A DNA stretch of 64,000 bases from Marinobacter sp. (GTDB lineage Bacteria; Pseudomonadota; Gammaproteobacteria; Pseudomonadales; Oleiphilaceae), in the NCBI GenBank assembly GCA_002718255.1, contig PBED01000028.1, forward strand, positions 45,271 through 109,270, in the 5' to 3' direction. Made by a program: the position numbers and the translations under genes. The notes below the pieces were generated by a model. That model ran no database searches, was not told the DNA's origin, and worked only from the letters and a program-made list of their open reading frames with translations. This document shows positions 49,894-57,762 of the stretch, piece by piece. Numbering within the stretch: position 1 is the first letter of the stretch; the number at the start of each line of letters is the position of its first letter.

Positions 49894-50833
49894 GTTTTCG
49901 ACACATTTAGCAACTCGAGCCATTCATTGGGTGAGCGAATGCCTTAGATGGCTGATCTGGAATCTGCTAAGCGAACGGGCACAGTTAGAAATTGAGCTGC
50001 GGCTCGATGGCCATCCCCTTTTACACCCGTCTGAGGTGCCAACTCCGACCATTCTTGAAGATACCCGATGTGAGCTGGAAAGACTTAGAGATATTGAGTT
50101 TTCAGGCTATTTGCCGGGAATGAGCGAAAACGTTCGGGTTGTTATCGATCGAAGCCTGAAGGCATTGGTTACTGACCGGTTGTACACAGCATCTTTCCCG
50201 ATGGCCACTCTGGATGGATGTTCTGCGAGTAAAGCTCGGTATAGGCCAGATCGAGCGGGATGTGCCACCATGGCAGAATTGGGAAAGCTGATTAATGACT
50301 TGAAAGACCTACAGGGAAAGAGTGGGGAAGATATTGTTTCTGCATGTCTAGCCTGGCCTGAACTCCGACTTCATGAAGGGATCAGATTAACCACGGATAA
50401 TTGGCATCGACGTTTCTACTGGTCCAACGCAGGTGGTTCTCATCACATGGCTGTTCTTTGCTACGAGTTACAAAGGCAAGAAAAGCGATGGAACCCAGAG
50501 GTTAAGATCAAAGAATTCTCTCTCAATGTTAAGGCTTTAGAGCCAATCAATAGTGCGGCTTCTATTTTCGTTATCACACCCAAACCAGGCTCCTACGGGT
50601 TGGACAAGGTCTTTAGGCCTTTGAGTTATCGTCGAAACCTCTCAGAATTACACAGCCGGCTCGGTGTTGAGCTGTTATCGCTTGGAACCGGACCAGGAAT
50701 CTTGAGTCGTTACGATCTGGTTGTGGTTGATCACAGCAAAAAGTATGCATCACTTAGCTTGAAAAGGTTATCGGAGGCAGTAGCAGCTGGTTATGCAATA
50801 ACGTTCGAGGAGTTTCTTCTGAGCTGGACTTAA
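49886..50833 (+). CDS. Hypothetical protein with NAGGSHH motif (DUF6685-like, tentative)
   Basis: 315-aa ORF; WHRRFYWSNAGGSHH motif; family name recalled from memory. Confidence 0.65.
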   Translation: MIRFSTHLATRAIHWVSECLRWLIWNLLSERAQLEIELRLDGHPLLHPSEVPTPTILEDTRCELERLRDIEFSGYLPGMSENVRVVIDRSLKALVTDRLYTASFPMATLDGCSASKARYRPDRAGCATMAELGKLINDLKDLQGKSGEDIVSACLAWPELRLHEGIRLTTDNWHRRFYWSNAGGSHHMAVLCYELQRQEKRWNPEVKIKEFSLNVKALEPINSAASIFVITPKPGSYGLDKVFRPLSYRRNLSELHSRLGVELLSLGTGPGILSRYDLVVVDHSKKYASLSLKRLSEAVAAGYAITFEEFLLSWT

Positions 50834-50894
50834 CGTTGCTTAGCATCCCAGCTGACGTTCAGTTAACGTCGTTTCTGTGGTTTATTGTGGGTTC

Positions 50895-50923
50895 TTGTGT
50901 ATTAAGGCGAAAACTCTTATACT
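50895..50923 (+). promoter_or_regulatory. Sigma70-type promoter
   Basis: TTGTGT-17 bp-TATACT. Confidence 0.6.
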
Positions 50924-50929
50924 GTGTTC

Positions 50930-51078
50930 GTGGTTTGCGATAGTCGATGTCCCATTACTAGGGTGGGTAGCAACCATGGCACCAGATATTCGTATCTGGT
51001 TTCCACCATAGGTGGTTATAACCAAGACGCTCGACAGTGATACCTATACAGCCTGAACCCTGCTTACGCAGGGTTTTT
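50930..51078 (+). ncRNA. Candidate structured small RNA (~150 nt)
   Basis: Lies between the promoter and a + strand terminator; several hairpins inside a closing stem; no ORF longer than 11 aa contained in it; convergent with the YjaZ-like gene. Confidence 0.55.
51056..51078 (+). terminator. Intrinsic terminator
   Basis: AACCCTGC-TTAC-GCAGGGTT-TTT; T tract only on the + strand. Confidence 0.8.
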
Positions 51079-51091
51079 GCTTTTCTGGGAG

Positions 51092-51646
51092 TCAAAGTCC
51101 TTTGGACTTGGCGAACCTCGATAGGATCTCCCGGAATTTTTGGCCACCATGGCGGCGTATATCTGCGGGCCGATTGGTTCGCCAGTGAACGCTCCGCACG
51201 GATAACGACAAAGGCGGGGTCCGGCCTTTCCGGTGCTCCAGTCTCATGCAGAGATACCAGCCGTCATGGGCGGCCACCTGGCTTGGCTGTTCCTGCCGAT
51301 ACAAAATATCTTTGCTCCCGCCCTCCAAGCATCGTTTCAGCGCAAGCTCATCGATGACCGCCCGAAGGTTCTGGCAGAACGTCCAGCGATCCACGCAGAA
51401 AACCCGTTCCTCTACCGTTCCGTTCCGGTGCTGCTGCGTGTCGATAATGTGATGCTCAGCCTCGCCCTTCCGAGTCCGCGAATAGCAGTGATTCGAAAAC
51501 CTAACCAGGACCTCCACTGAAAACGGTTCTGCATCCTTGCGGGGCTTGATTTCATAGGTGGTGGTAAATGGTTTGAATACGCCGAGCTCATAGGTAGTGC
51601 CGGTATCCGGGTCTGTCCAGGCGGATTTGTCGTGGTTGAAAGGCAT
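51092..51646 (-). CDS. YjaZ/HtrC-like protein (possible RelE-like RNase fold)
   Basis: VRFSNHCYS, ERVFCVDRW, LSLSVRSVH and KF..I motifs resemble E. coli YjaZ (HtrC) as recalled; the fold is an inference. Confidence 0.65.
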   Translation of the reverse strand: MPFNHDKSAWTDPDTGTTYELGVFKPFTTTYEIKPRKDAEPFSVEVLVRFSNHCYSRTRKGEAEHHIIDTQQHRNGTVEERVFCVDRWTFCQNLRAVIDELALKRCLEGGSKDILYRQEQPSQVAAHDGWYLCMRLEHRKGRTPPLSLSVRSVHWRTNRPADIRRHGGQKFREILSRFAKSKGL

Positions 51647-51900
51647 CAGAACGTCATATATCGCATCAAGTGGTTGGTTTCAGTGGCCAGCAGCGAGTAT
51701 AAATCTCCGTTTTCTGGAGATCCGCGTGGCCGAGCCAGTCTCGCAGGACCGTCAAGGGCTGGCCGTGCAGGATAGCATTACAAGCAAAGGAATGGGGTAA
51801 TGTGCTCGTGACTCTCGATGACGGCGGCCAATTGGGTGAATGGAAGTAACCGATCCGTAGCCTTGAGACTCTTCCCCTCGCTGGCAGCTGCGCAATCAGC
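51646..51900 (-). pseudogene. Tyrosine recombinase/resolvase C-terminal remnant
   Basis: HSFACNAILHGQPLTVLRDWLGHADLQKTEIYT (box II with catalytic Tyr); frameshifted tail LLATETNHLMRYMTF*; HxxR and the N-terminus are lost. Confidence 0.78.
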
Positions 51901-52116
51901 ACTGGGAACAGCGCAGATAAGGATACGTTATTGCTCCTTCAGAGAGAAAGAGTGATCCTTCGAGGGGCACCGGGTGTTAAAAATCGGGTCTCATTGCAGA
52001 AATGTTGCAATACGATGGTTAAGTTCGGTAGTTCCTGATGGCGGGGTTTAACAGGTCACAGAAGGCGGCGCGAGAGAGGCTCCGCATCATCCAGCGTCAT
52101 GCACGAGGAGAGATTG

Positions 52117-52665
52117 GTGCCACTGTTTGAAACAGAGAGGTTGATTGTAAGGAAACTATCCCATCAAGATGTTCCGGTGCTCACCACAATACTCAGTGAT
52201 CCGGAAGTGATGAGGTTTTCCGTCCGTGGCGTTTGCGACGAAGCAGCTACCCTAAAGTTCGTTGATTGGTGCCTTGACTCTTATGCATCTCATGGAATTG
52301 GGCCATGGGCATTGTGCGTGAAGGAATCAGGGGATTTTATCGGTTTCTGTGGCATTGGGCCGGAGTACATTGACGGTGTTGAAGAGATCAACCTGGGTTA
52401 TCGCCTGGCGCACAGATTCTGGCAGCAAGGATATGCGACAGAAGCTGTTAAAGGAGTTCTCCAATATGCTTTTGGCCAAAAACACTACGAGTCGGTAGTT
52501 GTTATTATCGAACCTGAGCATACAGCCTCCGTTAGGGTCGCGGAGAAGGCGGGATTCGGAAACTATACACTGCGAAGATTCCATTCCCGACCTGTGCGGG
52601 TATATCGAATGACATACGATAACTGGGCATGGCATAACGAGACAATGCGTGCGCCAAGCGTGTGA
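52117..52665 (+). CDS. GNAT N-acetyltransferase (RimJ/RimL type)
   Basis: ETERLIVR, FIGFCG, WQQGYATEA, SVRVAEKAGF; GAGGAG RBS before GTG. Confidence 0.9.
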   Translation: MPLFETERLIVRKLSHQDVPVLTTILSDPEVMRFSVRGVCDEAATLKFVDWCLDSYASHGIGPWALCVKESGDFIGFCGIGPEYIDGVEEINLGYRLAHRFWQQGYATEAVKGVLQYAFGQKHYESVVVIIEPEHTASVRVAEKAGFGNYTLRRFHSRPVRVYRMTYDNWAWHNETMRAPSV

Positions 52666-52696
52666 CAGCCGTGTTTAAATCAGGAGGTAGCCATCG

Positions 52697-53110
52697 ATGG
52701 AATGGCAAAAGGATGATTACTTAATCACTGATGAGGTATCCAAGGTGCAACTGGATACTGTCCATCGCTTGCTAGCTGCAACCTACTGGGGTGGCCGTCG
52801 CCCTAAGGAAATCGTAGAGCGCATGGTTGCTGGCTCCATCTGCTTCAGTCTTTACCATGGTTCCACACAGATTGGTTTTGGCCGGGCAGTCACCGATAGT
52901 ACTACGTTTACCTGGGTCGCGGACATTGTGGTTGAGCCAGAGTTTCGGGGCGCCGGCTTGGGACAGTGGATCATGGAATGCTTGGTTGCGCACCCAGCCA
53001 TAAAAGGAACTCAAATGGTTCTGCAAACCCGTGATGCTCAAGGTCTGTATGAGCGGTTCGGATTTTCTGGAAATAGTGCCCTCATGAGCACGAAAGTCAC
53101 TGCCCTATAA
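52697..53110 (+). CDS. GNAT N-acetyltransferase
   Basis: IGFGRAVTD, FRGAGLG, TRDAQGLYERFGF. Confidence 0.9.
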   Translation: MEWQKDDYLITDEVSKVQLDTVHRLLAATYWGGRRPKEIVERMVAGSICFSLYHGSTQIGFGRAVTDSTTFTWVADIVVEPEFRGAGLGQWIMECLVAHPAIKGTQMVLQTRDAQGLYERFGFSGNSALMSTKVTAL

Positions 53111-53176
53111 GAATTTGCTGCTGTCGGAAGCACCATCACTAGCGCTCTGGCACGCAGCAAAGAAAAGGCGCTATTG
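53105..53176 (+). repeat. Degenerate attC-like site
   Basis: CTATAAG overlapping the stop codon, arms TTTGCTGC/GCAGCAAA, ending GGCGCTATTG (GTT apparently mutated). Confidence 0.5.
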
Positions 53177-53194
53177 TATTGAAGGATTCAATCG

Positions 53195-53614
53195 ATGAAA
53201 GGTCAATGTCTCTGTGGAACAGTGAAGTTCTATATTGAAGAGGAAATTCGAAACCTCTATCAATGCCACTGTTCATTGTGCCGCAAAGCAACCGGAGCAG
53301 CGGCTAATGCTGCGACTTTTGTGCAGGCCAATGCCTTTCGTTGGTTGTCGGGTGAAAATGACATCCGAATTTTTAAAAGGCACAGCGGTTTCCGAAACGA
53401 TTTTTGTTCAGTGTGCGGAAGTCCCGTTCCTAACAGCCTAAGAGATAGTGGAATGGTTTGGGTGCCTGCCGGTTTACTTGATGAACCAGTAGCATCGAGG
53501 ATTTCTGTGCACCTCCATACAAAGTCTGCTGCTACTTGGGAGCGAGAGTCGATCCAATGCGTTCGATTGGACGAGGGGCCAGAGAGTTTGGAATCACTTA
53601 AAAAATTGTTGTAG
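53195..53614 (+). CDS. GFA/CENP-V family protein
   Basis: GQCLCG, CHCSLCRK, FCSVCGS. Confidence 0.9.
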   Translation: MKGQCLCGTVKFYIEEEIRNLYQCHCSLCRKATGAAANAATFVQANAFRWLSGENDIRIFKRHSGFRNDFCSVCGSPVPNSLRDSGMVWVPAGLLDEPVASRISVHLHTKSAATWERESIQCVRLDEGPESLESLKKLL

Positions 53615-53685
53615 TTCCAGCTCATGGACTAAATGGGATGTACCTGTTCGCGTGTCAGCGCACTACTAAACAAACAGCGTTATAT
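53596..53685 (+). repeat. Degenerate attC-like site
   Basis: ACTTAAA...TTGTTGTAGT...ACTACTAAACAA...GCGTTATAT. Confidence 0.45.
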
Positions 53686-53716
53686 TATCACCAGAACTAA
53701 CCTTTAGGACTGATCA

Positions 53717-55078
53717 ATGGCAATTGAGGGGTATGATCGGCAAGCATTTGGACGGAAGCTAGCAAAGCTAGTATTTCCGGCGCAGCCGATCCATAGCATT
53801 GAACACTTATTCGGAAGAGAAAACGAGCTTAGAAGAATTGAAGAAGCTCTTTATGCATCTGGACGCCATATTTTTATCTATGGAGATAGAGGGGTTGGTA
53901 AATCCTCCCTCGCTGCAACAGCTGCCAACCAGTATCAAAGTTCCGACTCAGAGTATATAGATGTATCCTGTTCTCCAGACGCAACGTTCTCAGATGTAAT
54001 AGCAAATATAGCTTATCAAGCCATCAGCGCGAGCAGGTTAAGCAAGAAAACGATAAAGGAAAAGGCTGGAGCTAATTTCAAATTTCTCAATCTTGAACGC
54101 GCCTCTGAAATTACTCTTCGTGACCTTCATGACGAAATAAAGTCACTTTTGGATGCGGTTGAAATGCTTCGTGAAGTATCAATTGTCCATTCAGAGACCC
54201 CCGTTGTCGTAATCGATGAGTTTGATCGTATGGAGTCGGAAAAAGAGCGAGCACTATTTTCCGATCTTTTGAAGCATCTTGGTGACAAGCGCATAGATAT
54301 AAAATTTATATTTACAGGAGTTGCATCGACTATAGATGCTTTATTGGGAGCTCATCAATCAGCTATACGCCAACTGGAAACAATAGAACTTCCAAAGTTG
54401 AGCTGGGATGCAAGGTGGGAAATCGTAACGGACGCCGCAGAAGAGTTTGGTATTGAGGTTGATAAAAACATTTTAGTAAGAATTGCTGCTGTTTCAGATG
54501 GCTATCCATATTACGTACATTTAATTACTGAAAAATTAATGTGGCATGTTTTCTGGCAGGAAATGTATATCACTAAAGTTACAAAAAATCATTATCAATC
54601 AGCTATAAATGATGCGATTCATAGTATATCTGCCGAACTAAAAAAACCTTATGAGAAGGCCATCTCGCAACGAACCGGTGACTACGAAGAGGTAATTTGG
54701 TCCACAGCCGATTCAGAGTGGCTGCATAGATACGTAAAAGATATGTACTCCTCATATGAGTACATTATGAAGCAATTTGATGACAAACATCCTCTAACAT
54801 CAGAAAAATATGGAGCTCGAATTAGAAATTTAAAAAATGAAAATTGTGGTGAAATTCTTGTCCCTGACCCCAAAAAGAAGGGTATGTACTCGTATAAAGA
54901 GAAGATGTTGAGAGGCTATGTTCGGATGCAAGCTGAAGCCCACGGTATTGAGCTGATTGGGGAGCAAACAGAAGCGAAAGCCACACATCATGTGACTGCG
55001 CGCGCTTCGAGTGGATACTATCAGAGCAAAGTTCCAAAAGGAGTTTACTTTGATCGGGACCGAAAGAATGGCAGGTAA
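53717..55078 (+). CDS. AAA+/P-loop ATPase (ORC1/Cdc6-like) with helical C-terminus
   Basis: LFGRENE, YGDRGVGKSS, VVVIDEFDR, SDGYPYYVH; very AT-rich. Confidence 0.85.
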   Translation: MAIEGYDRQAFGRKLAKLVFPAQPIHSIEHLFGRENELRRIEEALYASGRHIFIYGDRGVGKSSLAATAANQYQSSDSEYIDVSCSPDATFSDVIANIAYQAISASRLSKKTIKEKAGANFKFLNLERASEITLRDLHDEIKSLLDAVEMLREVSIVHSETPVVVIDEFDRMESEKERALFSDLLKHLGDKRIDIKFIFTGVASTIDALLGAHQSAIRQLETIELPKLSWDARWEIVTDAAEEFGIEVDKNILVRIAAVSDGYPYYVHLITEKLMWHVFWQEMYITKVTKNHYQSAINDAIHSISAELKKPYEKAISQRTGDYEEVIWSTADSEWLHRYVKDMYSSYEYIMKQFDDKHPLTSEKYGARIRNLKNENCGEILVPDPKKKGMYSYKEKMLRGYVRMQAEAHGIELIGEQTEAKATHHVTARASSGYYQSKVPKGVYFDRDRKNGR

Positions 55079-55613
55079 TCAAAACCGTTCATTTTCAGGG
55101 AACCTCACAGTTAAAGGGCTACAGGCCAATCCAGCAAAAACTCATGAATTAGAAGATACAGTGCCTGACGTTTAACTTATGCGCAGTGTTGTTGTTCATC
55201 GAACTAGCCAGCCTCAATAACTCTTTCTGAAACAATGGCCTTATTGGCCAGCGGCTTGGCCTGGTTCACCAGATACTTCATACAGCATGAAAATCGTGCT
55301 TCTCATGAACCTCCTCGGCCAGAGGAGCTTTGGTTGCTGCTAAACAAAAGCGGACATTCGAGTCAGGGCTTTTCTGCAGGGCCTCCAAGCTAATCACAGC
55401 CATTGCGTCCAATGTGATTGGCAGAAAGGATGCTAGCGAATCGCCAGCAGATGCCGGATGGCATCCTGCACGTGAAAAGCACTGTATTACAGCCTTATGC
55501 AGTAGGAACCGTTGACGAGCAACCCGAACGGGCATCATCCCTATGGCCGACCGAAGGATGTACTTACTAACCTGTCGACTCCGAAAACCACGATTTTTTG
55601 ATAATACGATGAG

Positions 55614-57719
55614 TTAGAATCCGCTTTCCCGGATCAGCACAGCAGCCGCATATCGAAAAAAACGACCCAGAAGGCTTTCTGCCGGCGCTTCTATGCTAGC
55701 CCTCCCTGAGAGCTGCCAAGCAGTAGCTATATGGCGCTCAGTTGCGACCAGACGTACCCGATAGACACCTTCCTCAAGCGCCGGAGCACCTTCGGCACCA
55801 TTCTGCTTTACAGCCAGCGGCCCGCCATAAGTACTTGCCAATGATAGATGCGAAAGGCGATCGGAGCCCATTTCTTCAACGGCCACCACCTTTACGTTCA
55901 CAGCTTGGTGTGTACCGTCGTCTGAAATAAATCGGCCCTCGGCACCCACTTGAATTCGTGAGCGTTGCTGTTCAGAAACGTACGCAGTGACCTGAATACC
56001 TGTCTGACCTATCACCTCGGCCAGCAACTGATCGCGTCCCATCCACTGGCCCGGACTCAAATCAGCCAGACTTGCGACTTTGCCTGCCAAAGGGCTCCTT
56101 ACAACCAGAGCGGCAATACGCTCCTGGAGACCAGAAAGGCGCACGCGCTGTTCTGCTAACTGGCGTCGCAAGGTTCCCTCTGAAGCAAGGTCTTGGAAAG
56201 ATCCAGCCCTGCGATCAAGCCGCGCTTGGATAACGGCGATACGATGTCTAGCCTTCTCTACTTCCATGGTAAGGGAGGGTTTTTCAAGATCCACGAGAAC
56301 ATCACCCTTGGCGACATCGTCTCCTGACGAAACCGATACAGAAACAATCCGGGCTGGTTCTGGCGGATGTACCCGTGAATACGAGGAAGCCTCAAGGACA
56401 GCCGGCAGGGGTAAAGTCGAGCGCCATGGGACCAGCAACAGCCCCAGAATGAAAGCGGATACGAGTATCGTGCGCACAACACGTTTATTCCAGCCCCATT
56501 GGTGACGGATCACTGTAGACATCTCCTGAAGAACCGGCCGGACAATAAACCATCCGATTTCAATGAAAAAAAGAACAATGCCGAGTGCCTTGAATGCAAA
56601 ATGGTAAATCAGTAACGCAATGCCCAGGAAAAGGAAAAAACGGTAGATCCAGGTAGCGACCGCGTAGGTCACTAGAAGCCGCCGCCGACGGGGTCGAAAA
56701 ATTTCTGGCGGTGCCTCACCAAACCCGAAAAGGGTCTCCCGCAATTGCCAGCGTGCCAACTCGAAGGCACGTGGTTGCAGATTGTGAATGCCCCAGACAT
56801 CGCTTAACGCATGATACCCATCGAAGCGCATGAATGGGCTGATATTAATGAGTAGCGACGTAACCCAGCTTGTCGTCGCAAGAAAAAAAACCGCATCACG
56901 CAAGCCACCGGAAGGCAGAAAGCTCCAGGCAAAGGTGGCCAGCAGGGCGATCGCCAGTTCTGTTTTAACACCTGCGAGGGCAACCTGAAGACGATCCCGG
57001 GGGTTGGCAATGCGCCAGGTATCCGTGGCATCGGTGTACAAAACCGGGAATAGAACCAGAAACGCCACACCCATCGAAGGAACTCTACAACCAAAATGGC
57101 GGGCAACAAAAGCATGACCCAGCTCGTGAGCAGTTTTGACGCCAATCAGGGCCAGCGCAAACCAGGCAACGCCCTCCCAGTTCAGAAAACGCATAAACGT
57201 ACCCGTGAACGCGTCCCACTGACGGAGCGCCAGAATAATCCCGATCAACCCAAGCAGTAACGTCAGCTTTGCGAACAGACGGCTACCTATAAAACGCACT
57301 CGATTCAGGTTACGGGCAAGGAAAGGGTCGGGACGAACCAAAGGCACCCGAATGAAAAGGTAACGGTGCAACAGCCATTGATACCAGTGGGTACGATTCT
57401 GGGACCACTGTTCTTCCAGTCGAGCGCTATCTGCAGAGGTTCGTGCTTCAGTCAGACCGTTTGAGACCAGAAACCGCGCAACGCCCGTGACGTCCTCGGC
57501 ATCAACTTCAACACCATGATCGGAAGCAGACTCAGCAATCTCTTCCGGGGTTGCACCTGTGCGCCAGTGACGAAGCACGCGAAGCCCGCGTACATGAAGA
57601 TGGAAATAACGGTTGCGAACAGGATCGAAAAGCATCCACATAGGGCTGCCGTCAGCTTCACCACTGCCTTTGAAAAGACGTAAGTCTGCCCGCATTGCCG
57701 GTAGCATAATCTGATCCAT
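55614..57719 (-). CDS. Peptidase M50 domain fused to HlyD-type adaptor
   Basis: HELGH zinc motif, NISPFMRFDG, several TM helices; C-terminal lipoyl/coiled-coil MFP. Confidence 0.87.
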   Translation of the reverse strand: MDQIMLPAMRADLRLFKGSGEADGSPMWMLFDPVRNRYFHLHVRGLRVLRHWRTGATPEEIAESASDHGVEVDAEDVTGVARFLVSNGLTEARTSADSARLEEQWSQNRTHWYQWLLHRYLFIRVPLVRPDPFLARNLNRVRFIGSRLFAKLTLLLGLIGIILALRQWDAFTGTFMRFLNWEGVAWFALALIGVKTAHELGHAFVARHFGCRVPSMGVAFLVLFPVLYTDATDTWRIANPRDRLQVALAGVKTELAIALLATFAWSFLPSGGLRDAVFFLATTSWVTSLLINISPFMRFDGYHALSDVWGIHNLQPRAFELARWQLRETLFGFGEAPPEIFRPRRRRLLVTYAVATWIYRFFLFLGIALLIYHFAFKALGIVLFFIEIGWFIVRPVLQEMSTVIRHQWGWNKRVVRTILVSAFILGLLLVPWRSTLPLPAVLEASSYSRVHPPEPARIVSVSVSSGDDVAKGDVLVDLEKPSLTMEVEKARHRIAVIQARLDRRAGSFQDLASEGTLRRQLAEQRVRLSGLQERIAALVVRSPLAGKVASLADLSPGQWMGRDQLLAEVIGQTGIQVTAYVSEQQRSRIQVGAEGRFISDDGTHQAVNVKVVAVEEMGSDRLSHLSLASTYGGPLAVKQNGAEGAPALEEGVYRVRLVATERHIATAWQLSGRASIEAPAESLLGRFFRYAAAVLIRESGF

Positions 57720-57762
57720 TGTGCTTTCACCACCGATCACTCTCTAGCCGTCTGTTGCATCG

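Larger units (their letters stand above)
48394..55600. mobile_element. Accessory island or decayed mobile region
   Basis: Abrupt shift to AT-richer sequence; TA pair, recombinase remnant, cassette-like genes; right boundary uncertain (may include the secretion cluster). Confidence 0.7.

Noticed and set aside
50828-50870. ACTTAAC...GTTAACG after the 315-aa gene as an attC site
   Set aside because: About 41 bp, too short for attC, with poor L-box pairing.
50976-51011. 11-aa ORF MAPDIRIWFPP inside the ncRNA candidate
   Set aside because: Weak RBS and buried in hairpins; kept only as an alternative explanation.
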